Shown one piece after another: positions 19,174-26,825 of a stretch of 64,000 nt of DNA (position 1 is the stretch's first letter; the number at the start of each line of letters is the position of its first letter). This stretch comes from an uncultured bacterium. GTDB lineage: Bacteria; Krumholzibacteriota; Krumholzibacteriia; LZORAL124-64-63. The translations under genes were made by a program, and so were the position numbers. Under the pieces are notes generated by a model. The model was not told the origin of the DNA. It saw only the letters and a list, made by a program, of their open reading frames with translations, and ran no database searches. The stretch spans positions 1,568,001 to 1,632,000 of the forward strand of contig CAVSGO010000007.1 in the NCBI GenBank assembly GCA_963727525.1, read 5' to 3'.

Positions 19174-19359
19174 GGGGCGAGACTCCTGCGGTCTGCGCCT
19201 CCCTGCAATAGCTCTCCAGGTCCATCCGGAGCCGAGATTCAAGAATCGGATTGCCTGCAGTTTAGCTAATGATATCCGTAAAAGCCAAGAGAATTCTCGT
19301 CGTCGCGATTGCCCTCCCCTACCGGATCGCGCATCATGCTGGAAAGAAGGGGACTTGCC

Positions 19360-21033
19360 ATGCCGACCCGACTCCATGCGACCGCGTCCGCCCTGCGCCT
19401 CGTCCTCGTGGGGGCTGTGCTGAGCGGTTTGCCCCTCGCAATACCCGGCTGCGCGAGCGCCGGCGGCAAAGACCGCTGGCGAGAGCGGCCCTACGACCCG
19501 CCGCGCGCCGTGGCTCAAATACGCACCGAAGACGGACGCTGTCCCGGTTCGGCCGGCCCCGCGCCGACGGATGCGCGCCTGCGACTCGGCCTCCCCGGCC
19601 CGGTCTCGTCCCTTGATGCGCCGCTCGCGGTGACGGAAGCCGAACGCCACATCTTCGCCAACCTCTACGAGACACTCGTGCGCGTCGACTGCGACGGGGC
19701 CGCACGGCCGGGACTGGCGAGCACGTGGGCGGCATTCGACGGCGGTCGAACGTGGGTCTTCGTGCTGAGACCGGGAGCCACGTTCTGGGACGGGGTGCCG
19801 GTGTCCGCCGCCGATGTCATCGCGAGCTGGCGGCGTGGGGCGCAGATCCGCGCCGCGCGGGGCGAGCCGGCGACCGGCGGCGCCCTCGACCTCGGACGGG
19901 GTGCGGCGGTCGCGGCCGGCCGCGACACCGTCGTCATCCATCTTCCGCAACCGCTCGAACGTCTGCCGCTGCTGCTCGCCAACCCCTCACTCGTCACCGC
20001 GCGGTCAGGACCAGGCGCCTGGCCGCTCGGCACCGGCCCCTGCCGGGTCGATACGGCACCGGGGCTCGCCGATACGCTGCGGCTGCGTCCCAATCCGGCA
20101 CATCCACGCGCGCCTCGCTGGTCGACGCTCACGGTCGTGGACACGCAGGCTGCGCGTGGCGACGGCAATCTCGACGCCGTCGTCGTGCGCGAACGCGACG
20201 CAGTCGCCATGTGGCAACGCCGCGGTCTGCGCGCCCACCCACTCCCGTGGGATCGCGTCTACCTCCTGGCGTGCCCGCCCGCCGACGGCGAACGCTCGCC
20301 CGCCGAGCGGCAGCGCTGGACGACGGGCTGGAGCGCGCGCGCGCTGGCGCGCGAAACCGTGGCCGAGGCGTGGCCGGCCGAGGATCCGTTCTTCGTCGAA
20401 CCCGGGGCGAACGTCTGCCCGGAGCTGCCCGGTCCGGTGACGCGTCTCGACTGGCCCTCCTTCTCCTGGCCCGCGGTGGCCGCCTCGCGCGATATCGATC
20501 TCGTGCTCTATCCCCGAGGCTGGCCCGAGGCCGGACGCCTGGCCGAAGCGCTGGCCGAGGCCGCCGCCCAGCCCCGCCGCCCGGGACGCGACGTGGTCGG
20601 GCGAGGCCCCCTCACCCCCGACTTTCCACCGTCCGGAGCCGCGGCTCCGCAGGCCGTCGCCGTGCCCGCGGCCGACTTTCCCGGGGCGTTCCAATCCGGG
20701 CGGGCGGGTGCCTACATCCTGCCCCTCTGGCGCGATGACGCCACCGCGTGCGCCCAGCTCGCCGATCTGGTGACGCGCGCCGACTGGCTCCAGAATGCCG
20801 CCATGGGAGCCGGCGATGAGACCACGGTCGTGCCCCCGGGCGCCACCGCGCCGACGCCGGCCGAGACCACGAACATTCCGCGCGCGCAACGCATCGCCCT
20901 GCGCCTGGCGCGGGACCAGGTGCTCCTGTCCCTCATGCGCACGCGGGCCACGCTGCTCCTGCGCCCCACCGCCGACATGGTGTGGGATGCGACCGGGCGC
21001 CTCGACCTGGGCGCACCGTCCACAGGACAGTAG
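19360..21033 (+). CDS. ABC-type family 5 solute-binding-like lipoprotein, divergent C-terminal half
   Basis: Lipobox-like LAIPGC; NLYETLVRVD, PGLASTW, TWVFVLRPGATFWDGVPVSAADVIASW, GTGP. Confidence 0.7.
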   Translation: MPTRLHATASALRLVLVGAVLSGLPLAIPGCASAGGKDRWRERPYDPPRAVAQIRTEDGRCPGSAGPAPTDARLRLGLPGPVSSLDAPLAVTEAERHIFANLYETLVRVDCDGAARPGLASTWAAFDGGRTWVFVLRPGATFWDGVPVSAADVIASWRRGAQIRAARGEPATGGALDLGRGAAVAAGRDTVVIHLPQPLERLPLLLANPSLVTARSGPGAWPLGTGPCRVDTAPGLADTLRLRPNPAHPRAPRWSTLTVVDTQAARGDGNLDAVVVRERDAVAMWQRRGLRAHPLPWDRVYLLACPPADGERSPAERQRWTTGWSARALARETVAEAWPAEDPFFVEPGANVCPELPGPVTRLDWPSFSWPAVAASRDIDLVLYPRGWPEAGRLAEALAEAAAQPRRPGRDVVGRGPLTPDFPPSGAAAPQAVAVPAADFPGAFQSGRAGAYILPLWRDDATACAQLADLVTRADWLQNAAMGAGDETTVVPPGATAPTPAETTNIPRAQRIALRLARDQVLLSLMRTRATLLLRPTADMVWDATGRLDLGAPSTGQ

Positions 21034-21053
21034 ATATTCCATTAAATATTATC

Positions 21054-21080
21054 TCAAGACATCAAATTAGGCGCCGAAAG
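21054..21080 (+). promoter_or_regulatory. Sigma28 (FliA)-like promoter of cheW
   Basis: TCAAG-N14-GCCGAAAG within an AT-rich patch, 47 nt before the ATG. Confidence 0.6.
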
Positions 21081-21127
21081 TGAAGGCGTTCCGGGCGACC
21101 ATGAGCCTTCACCGAGGTGACTTCACA

Positions 21128-21652
21128 ATGAGCCAGTACCAGAGCAACACCGCCGTACTCGACGCGGTCGACTCCAGGGCCCTCGCCGGCAAGTACATGG
21201 GTTTCCAGCTTGGCGCCGAGACTTTCGGCATCGCCATCCTGAAGGTCCAGGAGATCATCGGGCTGCTGCCCATCACGCACGTCCCCCGTACACCCGAGTT
21301 CGTGCGCGGCGTGATCAACCTGCGGGGCAAGGTGATCCCGGTCGTCGACCTGCGCCGGAAGTTCGCGCTGGAGACGATCGAGGACACGGAACTGACGTGC
21401 ATCATGGTCGTGCAGGTCGCGATGGATGACCGCGAGGTCACGATGGGCATCATCGTCGACCAGGTGTCCGAGGTCATGGACATCCAGGCCGGCCAGGTGG
21501 AGCCCACGCCGTCGCTCGGCGCGACGGAGGCCGAGAACTTCCTCCTGGGTATCGGCAAGTTCAACCAGATCGTCGTGCTGCTCCTCGATGTGGATCGCGT
21601 CCTGTCGAGCCACGAGTGGCATCTCGTTGGTGCCATGGGCGACGAGTCATAA
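21128..21652 (+). CDS. cheW: Chemotaxis coupling protein CheW
   Basis: GKYMGFQLGAETFGI, ITHVPRTPEFVRGVINLRGKVIPVVDLR, GIIVDQVSEV, LLDVDRVL. Confidence 0.93.
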   Translation: MSQYQSNTAVLDAVDSRALAGKYMGFQLGAETFGIAILKVQEIIGLLPITHVPRTPEFVRGVINLRGKVIPVVDLRRKFALETIEDTELTCIMVVQVAMDDREVTMGIIVDQVSEVMDIQAGQVEPTPSLGATEAENFLLGIGKFNQIVVLLLDVDRVLSSHEWHLVGAMGDES

Positions 21653-21678
21653 ACCCCCCGGCTCCTCGTCCAGGCCAT

Positions 21679-21705
21679 GACGGGCCCCGCGTCGCGGGGC
21701 CCGTC
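21679..21705 (+). terminator. Hairpin after cheW
   Basis: GACGGGCCCCGC-GTC-GCGGGGCCCGTC, a 12-bp stem with a weak U-tract. Confidence 0.5.
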
Positions 21706-21760
21706 GCTCTATGCCGGGCATCGTCGTCCGCACATTGCCGTATCCGGCCTACCTGACCTA

Positions 21761-21800
21761 TACTCTGAGCGTCACCCCAATACCCTGAGCGTCACCCCAA
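21761..21800 (+). repeat. 20-bp tandem direct repeat (2 copies)
   Basis: TACTCTGAGCGTCACCCCAA followed by TACCCTGAGCGTCACCCCAA, one mismatch. Confidence 0.85.
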
Positions 21801-21824
21801 GTCGCCGAGGTGGTTCACTCGTCC

Positions 21825-23831
21825 ATGCCGCGCCGCTGTGTCATCCTCACGCTCCTGCTCCCGGCAGCCGCGGCAGCCGCAACCCCATTGCCTCGCGTGG
21901 GTCGCTGGCTCGATGCTGCAGCATTCGAGCGCGGTGCACCCTCGCGGGCGCCGTGGCCCGGGCGGATCCCCGCCGCCGACGATCGTGGGTTCGACGTCCT
22001 GCACTACGACCTCGATCTGAACCTGGACGTGGCGCACAGCTCCCTGGCGGGCGATGCCGGCATCACCCTGCGCCTGCTCGCGGCGCCGACCGGCGGGCTG
22101 CGGCTCGATCTCGTCGATGCCATGCCGGCGAGCGCCGTCGTCTGGGACGGCGCACCCGCGCCCTGGGTGCAGCGGGGCGACAGCCTGCTCGTCACCGCGC
22201 CGGCGACGGCGGCCGCCGGCGACACAGCCACCATCACCGTGACCTACGCGGGGCGTCCGCCGCGGCACGGGCCGCTATACTCGGGGCTGATGTTCCGGGC
22301 CCACGGCGCGGGCACGCCCGACGACCCCACGGACGACGGTCCGAGCGTCGCCAATGTGAGCGAGCCCTACTCGGCGCATAGCTGGTTCCCGTGCAAGGAC
22401 CACCCGGCCGACAAGGCCACCCTGCGCCTCGCCGCCGAGACGGCTGACTCCCTCGTGGCAGTATCCAACGGCGTGCGCGTATCCGACACTCCCACGACGC
22501 CGGGGCGGCATCGCGTGGTGTGGCGGACCGACCACGCCATCGCCACCTACCTCGTGGGCCTCGCCGTCAGCGACTACGCGACCGCGGACACGCTGTGCCC
22601 GTGCACCGCCGGCGATCTGCCCCTGGCGACCTACGCGTTCCCGGCCGACCGGGCCCTCGCAGACACGGTCTTCGCCCCCACATGCGAGATGCTCCAGTGG
22701 CTGGAAGGCCTCGCCGGCCCCTACGCGTTCGCCGACGAGAAGTACGCACAGGCGGAGATGATCTGGGGCGGCGCCATGGAGAACCAGACGGCAACCGTGG
22801 TGGGCCAGACCGCACTGTTCCAGGGCGAGAGCGCGCATCTCGTGGTGGTGCACGAACTGTCGCACCAGTGGTTCGGCGATGCCGTCACCCCGGCGCGCTG
22901 GCGCGATATCTGGCTCAACGAGGGCTTCGCGCGCTACAGCGAGGCACTGTGGCTGGAGCACACCGAGGGGCAGGCGGCGATGCTCGCCTACATGCACCTG
23001 CTCGGCCCGGGGCACGACCCCGACCTCTTCCAGAACGCGGGCCTGCTCGGCGACCCCGACCCGCTCATCACGCTGCTCGTCTACAACAAGGGCGCCTGGC
23101 TGCTGCACATGCTGCGGTTCCATGTGGGCGATGCCGCGTTCTTCGCCGGTCTGCGCGCCTGGGCCACGGATTCGCGCTGGCACTACGGCGACGCCACCAC
23201 GGCCGACTTCGTCGCCGTCATGTCCGCGGCCGCAGATGAGGATCTCACCTCCTTCGTCGCACCCTGGCTGGAGACACAGGCCGTGCCGGAGATCGCGGTG
23301 CAGGTGCAGCCGCGGCAACCGGGCGATCCCAAGCTCACGCATCTCCTGGTGACACAGACGCAGACGCCGTTCTTTCCACTCACGGTGCCGGTGCGGCTAT
23401 ATTTCGGCGGCGAGACGATCGACGTACGCGTGCGCTGCAACACGCCGCGGCAGGTGGCGTCGGTGCCGCAAGTGGGTGCCGTGGACAGCCTGGTCGTCGA
23501 TCCCGACGGCTGGTTGCTGTGGCGCGCGGTGACGACCCCGGCGCCGACGATGCAGATCCTCGCGCCCCGGCCCAACCCGGCACGCAACGCGGTCACCCTC
23601 GCGTTCACGCTCCGCGAGACCGCCGCGACCACCGTGCGCGTCTTCGATGCCCGCGGCCGGCGCCTGGGCGTGTGGTCGCTCGGCACGCTGGCGGCCGGCG
23701 GCGATATCCCGCACACGTGGACATGGGACGGACACGACGACGCCGGCCGCAGGGTGGCAGCCGGCGTCTACTGGTTCGTCATCACGGCTGGCCGCGGCCG
23801 TGCCGTGGGCAAGGCCACGTTGCTGCGCTGA
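21825..23831 (+). CDS. Secreted M1 aminopeptidase with C-terminal FlgD-Ig/T9SS type A-like domain
   Basis: Signal peptide; WFPCKDHPADKAT, GGAMEN, HELSHQWFGD, WLNEGFARY, YNKG; tail PNPARN...VFDARGR...WDGHDDAGRRVAAGVY...KATLLR. Confidence 0.88.
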   Translation: MPRRCVILTLLLPAAAAAATPLPRVGRWLDAAAFERGAPSRAPWPGRIPAADDRGFDVLHYDLDLNLDVAHSSLAGDAGITLRLLAAPTGGLRLDLVDAMPASAVVWDGAPAPWVQRGDSLLVTAPATAAAGDTATITVTYAGRPPRHGPLYSGLMFRAHGAGTPDDPTDDGPSVANVSEPYSAHSWFPCKDHPADKATLRLAAETADSLVAVSNGVRVSDTPTTPGRHRVVWRTDHAIATYLVGLAVSDYATADTLCPCTAGDLPLATYAFPADRALADTVFAPTCEMLQWLEGLAGPYAFADEKYAQAEMIWGGAMENQTATVVGQTALFQGESAHLVVVHELSHQWFGDAVTPARWRDIWLNEGFARYSEALWLEHTEGQAAMLAYMHLLGPGHDPDLFQNAGLLGDPDPLITLLVYNKGAWLLHMLRFHVGDAAFFAGLRAWATDSRWHYGDATTADFVAVMSAAADEDLTSFVAPWLETQAVPEIAVQVQPRQPGDPKLTHLLVTQTQTPFFPLTVPVRLYFGGETIDVRVRCNTPRQVASVPQVGAVDSLVVDPDGWLLWRAVTTPAPTMQILAPRPNPARNAVTLAFTLRETAATTVRVFDARGRRLGVWSLGTLAAGGDIPHTWTWDGHDDAGRRVAAGVYWFVITAGRGRAVGKATLLR

Positions 23832-23838
23832 GTCGCAA

Positions 23839-24372
23839 CTACCGGCCGGCCGGGGGCGTCCCGGTGGAGTCGGGCGCGATCCGCGTCCAGGTCGTGGTAC
23901 GGCCGAGCAGCGAGACACCGATGAAGCCGCGCACGTCGAGGGTGCCCGCGTCCTTCAGCTCCATCTTGCACTTGTAGGTCTTGCCGTTCTCGGGGTCGTA
24001 GATGGCGCCGTCCTTGTACTTGCCCTCGCCGTCGTACTTGAAGAACCGCACGATCTCCAGACCGAGCAGCGGGCGCGCGCGCAACCCCTCAGCCGGGTTC
24101 TTGCGATCGACCTTGATCTGCCCCGCCATGCCGTCCGGATCGTCGGCGGGATACTCGAGTTCCTTCAGCCAGACGATCTTGCCATAGTACCGGTCCCCGC
24201 GGCTGAAGACCTCGACGTGGGCCTTGCCGTTCTCGGTGAGCCACAGTCCACATACGGCGTCGGCGTCGCCATGATCGTCGGCCACGGCGACGGCGGCAGG
24301 CGTGAGTGCGCCCACGACGATCATGGAGAAGACCAGGGCGAGGGCGGATCGGCCGGAGGTCATGCGCGTCAC
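23839..24372 (-). CDS. DUF2147-family secreted protein
   Basis: GLWLT, YGKIVWL, DRKNP...RARPLLGL, GAIYDPENGKTY, LDVRGFIGVSLLGRTTTWTR. Confidence 0.85.
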   Translation of the reverse strand: MTRMTSGRSALALVFSMIVVGALTPAAVAVADDHGDADAVCGLWLTENGKAHVEVFSRGDRYYGKIVWLKELEYPADDPDGMAGQIKVDRKNPAEGLRARPLLGLEIVRFFKYDGEGKYKDGAIYDPENGKTYKCKMELKDAGTLDVRGFIGVSLLGRTTTWTRIAPDSTGTPPAGR

Positions 24373-24475
24373 GTCGTGTCCTTTCGGTTGCTGGCGGGTC
24401 GCCGGCATGGCGACGCGTGTGGCCAGACTAGCCGACCGCGGCCGGCCGCGTCCAGCCGCGATCTCAGCCGTCGTC

Positions 24476-26794
24476 TCAGTCGAGCGGGCGTAGCGGTGCG
24501 ATGCGTGGGATGATGTGCTTGCGGCCCGCGTCGCGAAAATCGACGGTCACCAGCAGGTCGCCGCCCTGCCCCTCGACGCGCACCACGACGCCGGCCCCGA
24601 AACTCGCATGGGCCACGGCCTGGCCGGGGAAGTAGGGCGCGGTCTGTGCTACGTCGCGCTCCCAGTCGACGTCACGACTCGCCGTGGTCGCCGGCGCGGG
24701 CCGACGCCGGCCATGAAGCGAGCCCCAGTCCTGCGGACGCACTGCGGGGCCGGTGCTGCGCGCGGACGCCGCGCGGACCCGACGGGACGCGGCACCGGAC
24801 GCGGCACCGGACGCGTCGCCGAAGAGCGCACGCCCCACCGGCGCCTGCCAGCCGCGGTTCAGCTCCTGGCGCGTGCACACGTCGTCGGGAATCTCGCGCA
24901 GGAAACGCGAGGGGAGGCTGTCCTCGTAGGCGCCGAATCGCCGGCGGCGCGCGGCGTGCAGCAGATGGATCCGCTCCCGCGCACGCGTGAGCGCCACGTA
25001 GAAGAGACGGCGTTCCTCCTCCACTCCCGCCTCGGTGTCGCTGCTCGAGATATGCGGCAGGAGATCGTCCTCGCAGCCGGTCAGGATGACCACCGGAAAC
25101 TCGAGTCCCTTGGCCGTATGCACCGTCATCAGGCGCACCACGCCCTCGCCATCGGGGATGGTGTCCGGATCGGCGACGAGGGCGATCTGCTCGAGGAACT
25201 GGAGGAGCGTGCCGCCATCGCTGGCCTCGTCGAACGACTGCGCTGCGTTGACCAGCTCGGCAATGTTCTCCAGCCGGCTCTCCACGCTCTCGGGCTCGTC
25301 TTGCTGGAGGTGTTCCTCGTAGCGGATGTCCTTGATGATGCGCGTCAGCAGTGCCGGCACCCGCAGCATGCCCTCGCGTGACGCGGTGCGCCACCGCGCG
25401 ACCAGATCGAGGAAGGTGCGCAGGCGTCCGGCCGCGGCGCCGCCCACGGCAGCTTCGAGCAACCCCGGCGCGACCGCCGCCTCGCCGGGCGTGAGGTCGG
25501 CCTCGGCCGCCGCCCCCAGCAAGCCGCCGACGCTGGCTTCGCCAAGGCGGCGTTTCGGCACATTGGCGATGCGTTGCAGCGACACCACATCGGCCGGGTT
25601 GGCCACCAGCTTCAGGTACGCCAGAAGGTCGCGGATCTCACGCCGTTCGTAGAACTGCACACTGCCCACCACCTGGTGCGGCACGTGCGCGCGGCGCAGC
25701 GCGTCCTCGATGAGGCGCGACTGGGCGTTCGTCCGGTAGAGCACCGTGACGTCGCCGCGCGGGCGGCCGCCGGCCGTCACCTCCCGCACGATGCCCACCA
25801 CGCGCGCCGCCTCGTCCTCCGCGTCGAGGTACTCCTCCGCCACCAGCGGTTCGCCGGCGCCGGCATCCGTCCACAGGTTCTTGCCCTTGCGCCGCCGGTT
25901 GTGGGCGATGACCGCGTTGGCAGCCGCGAGGATGTTGCCCACGCTGCGGTAGTTCTGCTCCAGGCGCAGCACATGCGCGCCCGGAAAGAACTGCTCGAAC
26001 TCGAGCATGTTCTCCACGCGCGCACCGCGCCAGCCGTAAATCGCCTGATCGTCGTCGCCCACGACGAAGAGGTTTCCGTGCGCGCTCGACAGCAGCTTCA
26101 CGAGCAGGAGCTGCAGCGGGTTCGTGTCCTGGAACTCATCGACCAGCACGTGCTCGAAGCGCTCGGCGTAGCGCCGCCGCACCGCCTCGTGCTCCTCCAG
26201 CAGGCGGACGGTCTTGAGGATGAGGTCGTCGAAATCGACGGCGTGGCAGCGCGTCAGAGCCTGCTCGTAGGCGCCGTAGAGGCGCGCGTACACCTCTTCG
26301 ACGTAGGTGCCCGCACCCGCCACTGCCGCGACCGGCGCCACGTCGTCGTTCTTCCAGCCGCTGATCGCGGCCCGCACGCCCGGCACGGGGAACTGCTTGG
26401 CGTCCACCTTCTCGTCGGCGAGCACGCGCTTGAGCAGACGCTTCTGGTCGTCGGTATCGTAGATCGCGAAGCCTGGATCGAGGCCGCTCACCGCACCATC
26501 AGCACGCAGGATGCGCACGCCCGTGGCGTGGAAGGTTCCGATCCAGTACGGCGCCCGGCCGGCCCCCACGGCACGATCGACTCGCTCGCGCATCTCGCGC
26601 GCAGCCTTGTTGGTGAACGTGTATGCAAGCACCGCGCCGGGCCGCACGCCGCGCGCGAGCAGCCAGGCGATGCGTGTGGTCAGTACGCGGGTCTTGCCGC
26701 TGCCCGCACCGGCGACCACGAGGACGGGGCCATCGGGGGCGGTCACGGCGGCGCTCTGCGCCGGATTCAGGTCGTGCAAGAGGTCTTCGGACAC
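24476..26794 (-). CDS. pcrA: ATP-dependent DNA helicase PcrA/UvrD
   Basis: AGAGSGKTRVL, TFTNKAAREM, VDEFQDTN, VGDDDQAIYGWRGA, HTAKGLEF, EERRLFYVALTRA; C-terminal Tudor-like HASFGAG. Confidence 0.93.
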   Translation of the reverse strand: MSEDLLHDLNPAQSAAVTAPDGPVLVVAGAGSGKTRVLTTRIAWLLARGVRPGAVLAYTFTNKAAREMRERVDRAVGAGRAPYWIGTFHATGVRILRADGAVSGLDPGFAIYDTDDQKRLLKRVLADEKVDAKQFPVPGVRAAISGWKNDDVAPVAAVAGAGTYVEEVYARLYGAYEQALTRCHAVDFDDLILKTVRLLEEHEAVRRRYAERFEHVLVDEFQDTNPLQLLLVKLLSSAHGNLFVVGDDDQAIYGWRGARVENMLEFEQFFPGAHVLRLEQNYRSVGNILAAANAVIAHNRRRKGKNLWTDAGAGEPLVAEEYLDAEDEAARVVGIVREVTAGGRPRGDVTVLYRTNAQSRLIEDALRRAHVPHQVVGSVQFYERREIRDLLAYLKLVANPADVVSLQRIANVPKRRLGEASVGGLLGAAAEADLTPGEAAVAPGLLEAAVGGAAAGRLRTFLDLVARWRTASREGMLRVPALLTRIIKDIRYEEHLQQDEPESVESRLENIAELVNAAQSFDEASDGGTLLQFLEQIALVADPDTIPDGEGVVRLMTVHTAKGLEFPVVILTGCEDDLLPHISSSDTEAGVEEERRLFYVALTRARERIHLLHAARRRRFGAYEDSLPSRFLREIPDDVCTRQELNRGWQAPVGRALFGDASGAASGAASRRVRAASARSTGPAVRPQDWGSLHGRRRPAPATTASRDVDWERDVAQTAPYFPGQAVAHASFGAGVVVRVEGQGGDLLVTVDFRDAGRKHIIPRIAPLRPLD

Positions 26795-26825
26795 GGGTGC
26801 TCCTTCACCGGGTAAGTCGCCGACC

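Noticed and set aside
19174-19950. N-terminal 258 aa of the 967-aa sensor ORF
   Set aside because: It overlaps the divergent SBP gene and promoter region and has low-complexity composition.
21761-21800. Possible CRISPR remnant
   Set aside because: Two adjacent copies with no spacer, and no cas genes.
24785-24815. 12-bp tandem repeat GGACGCGGCACC inside pcrA
   Set aside because: An in-frame expansion (ASGA repeats) in the flexible linker before the Tudor domain; unremarkable.
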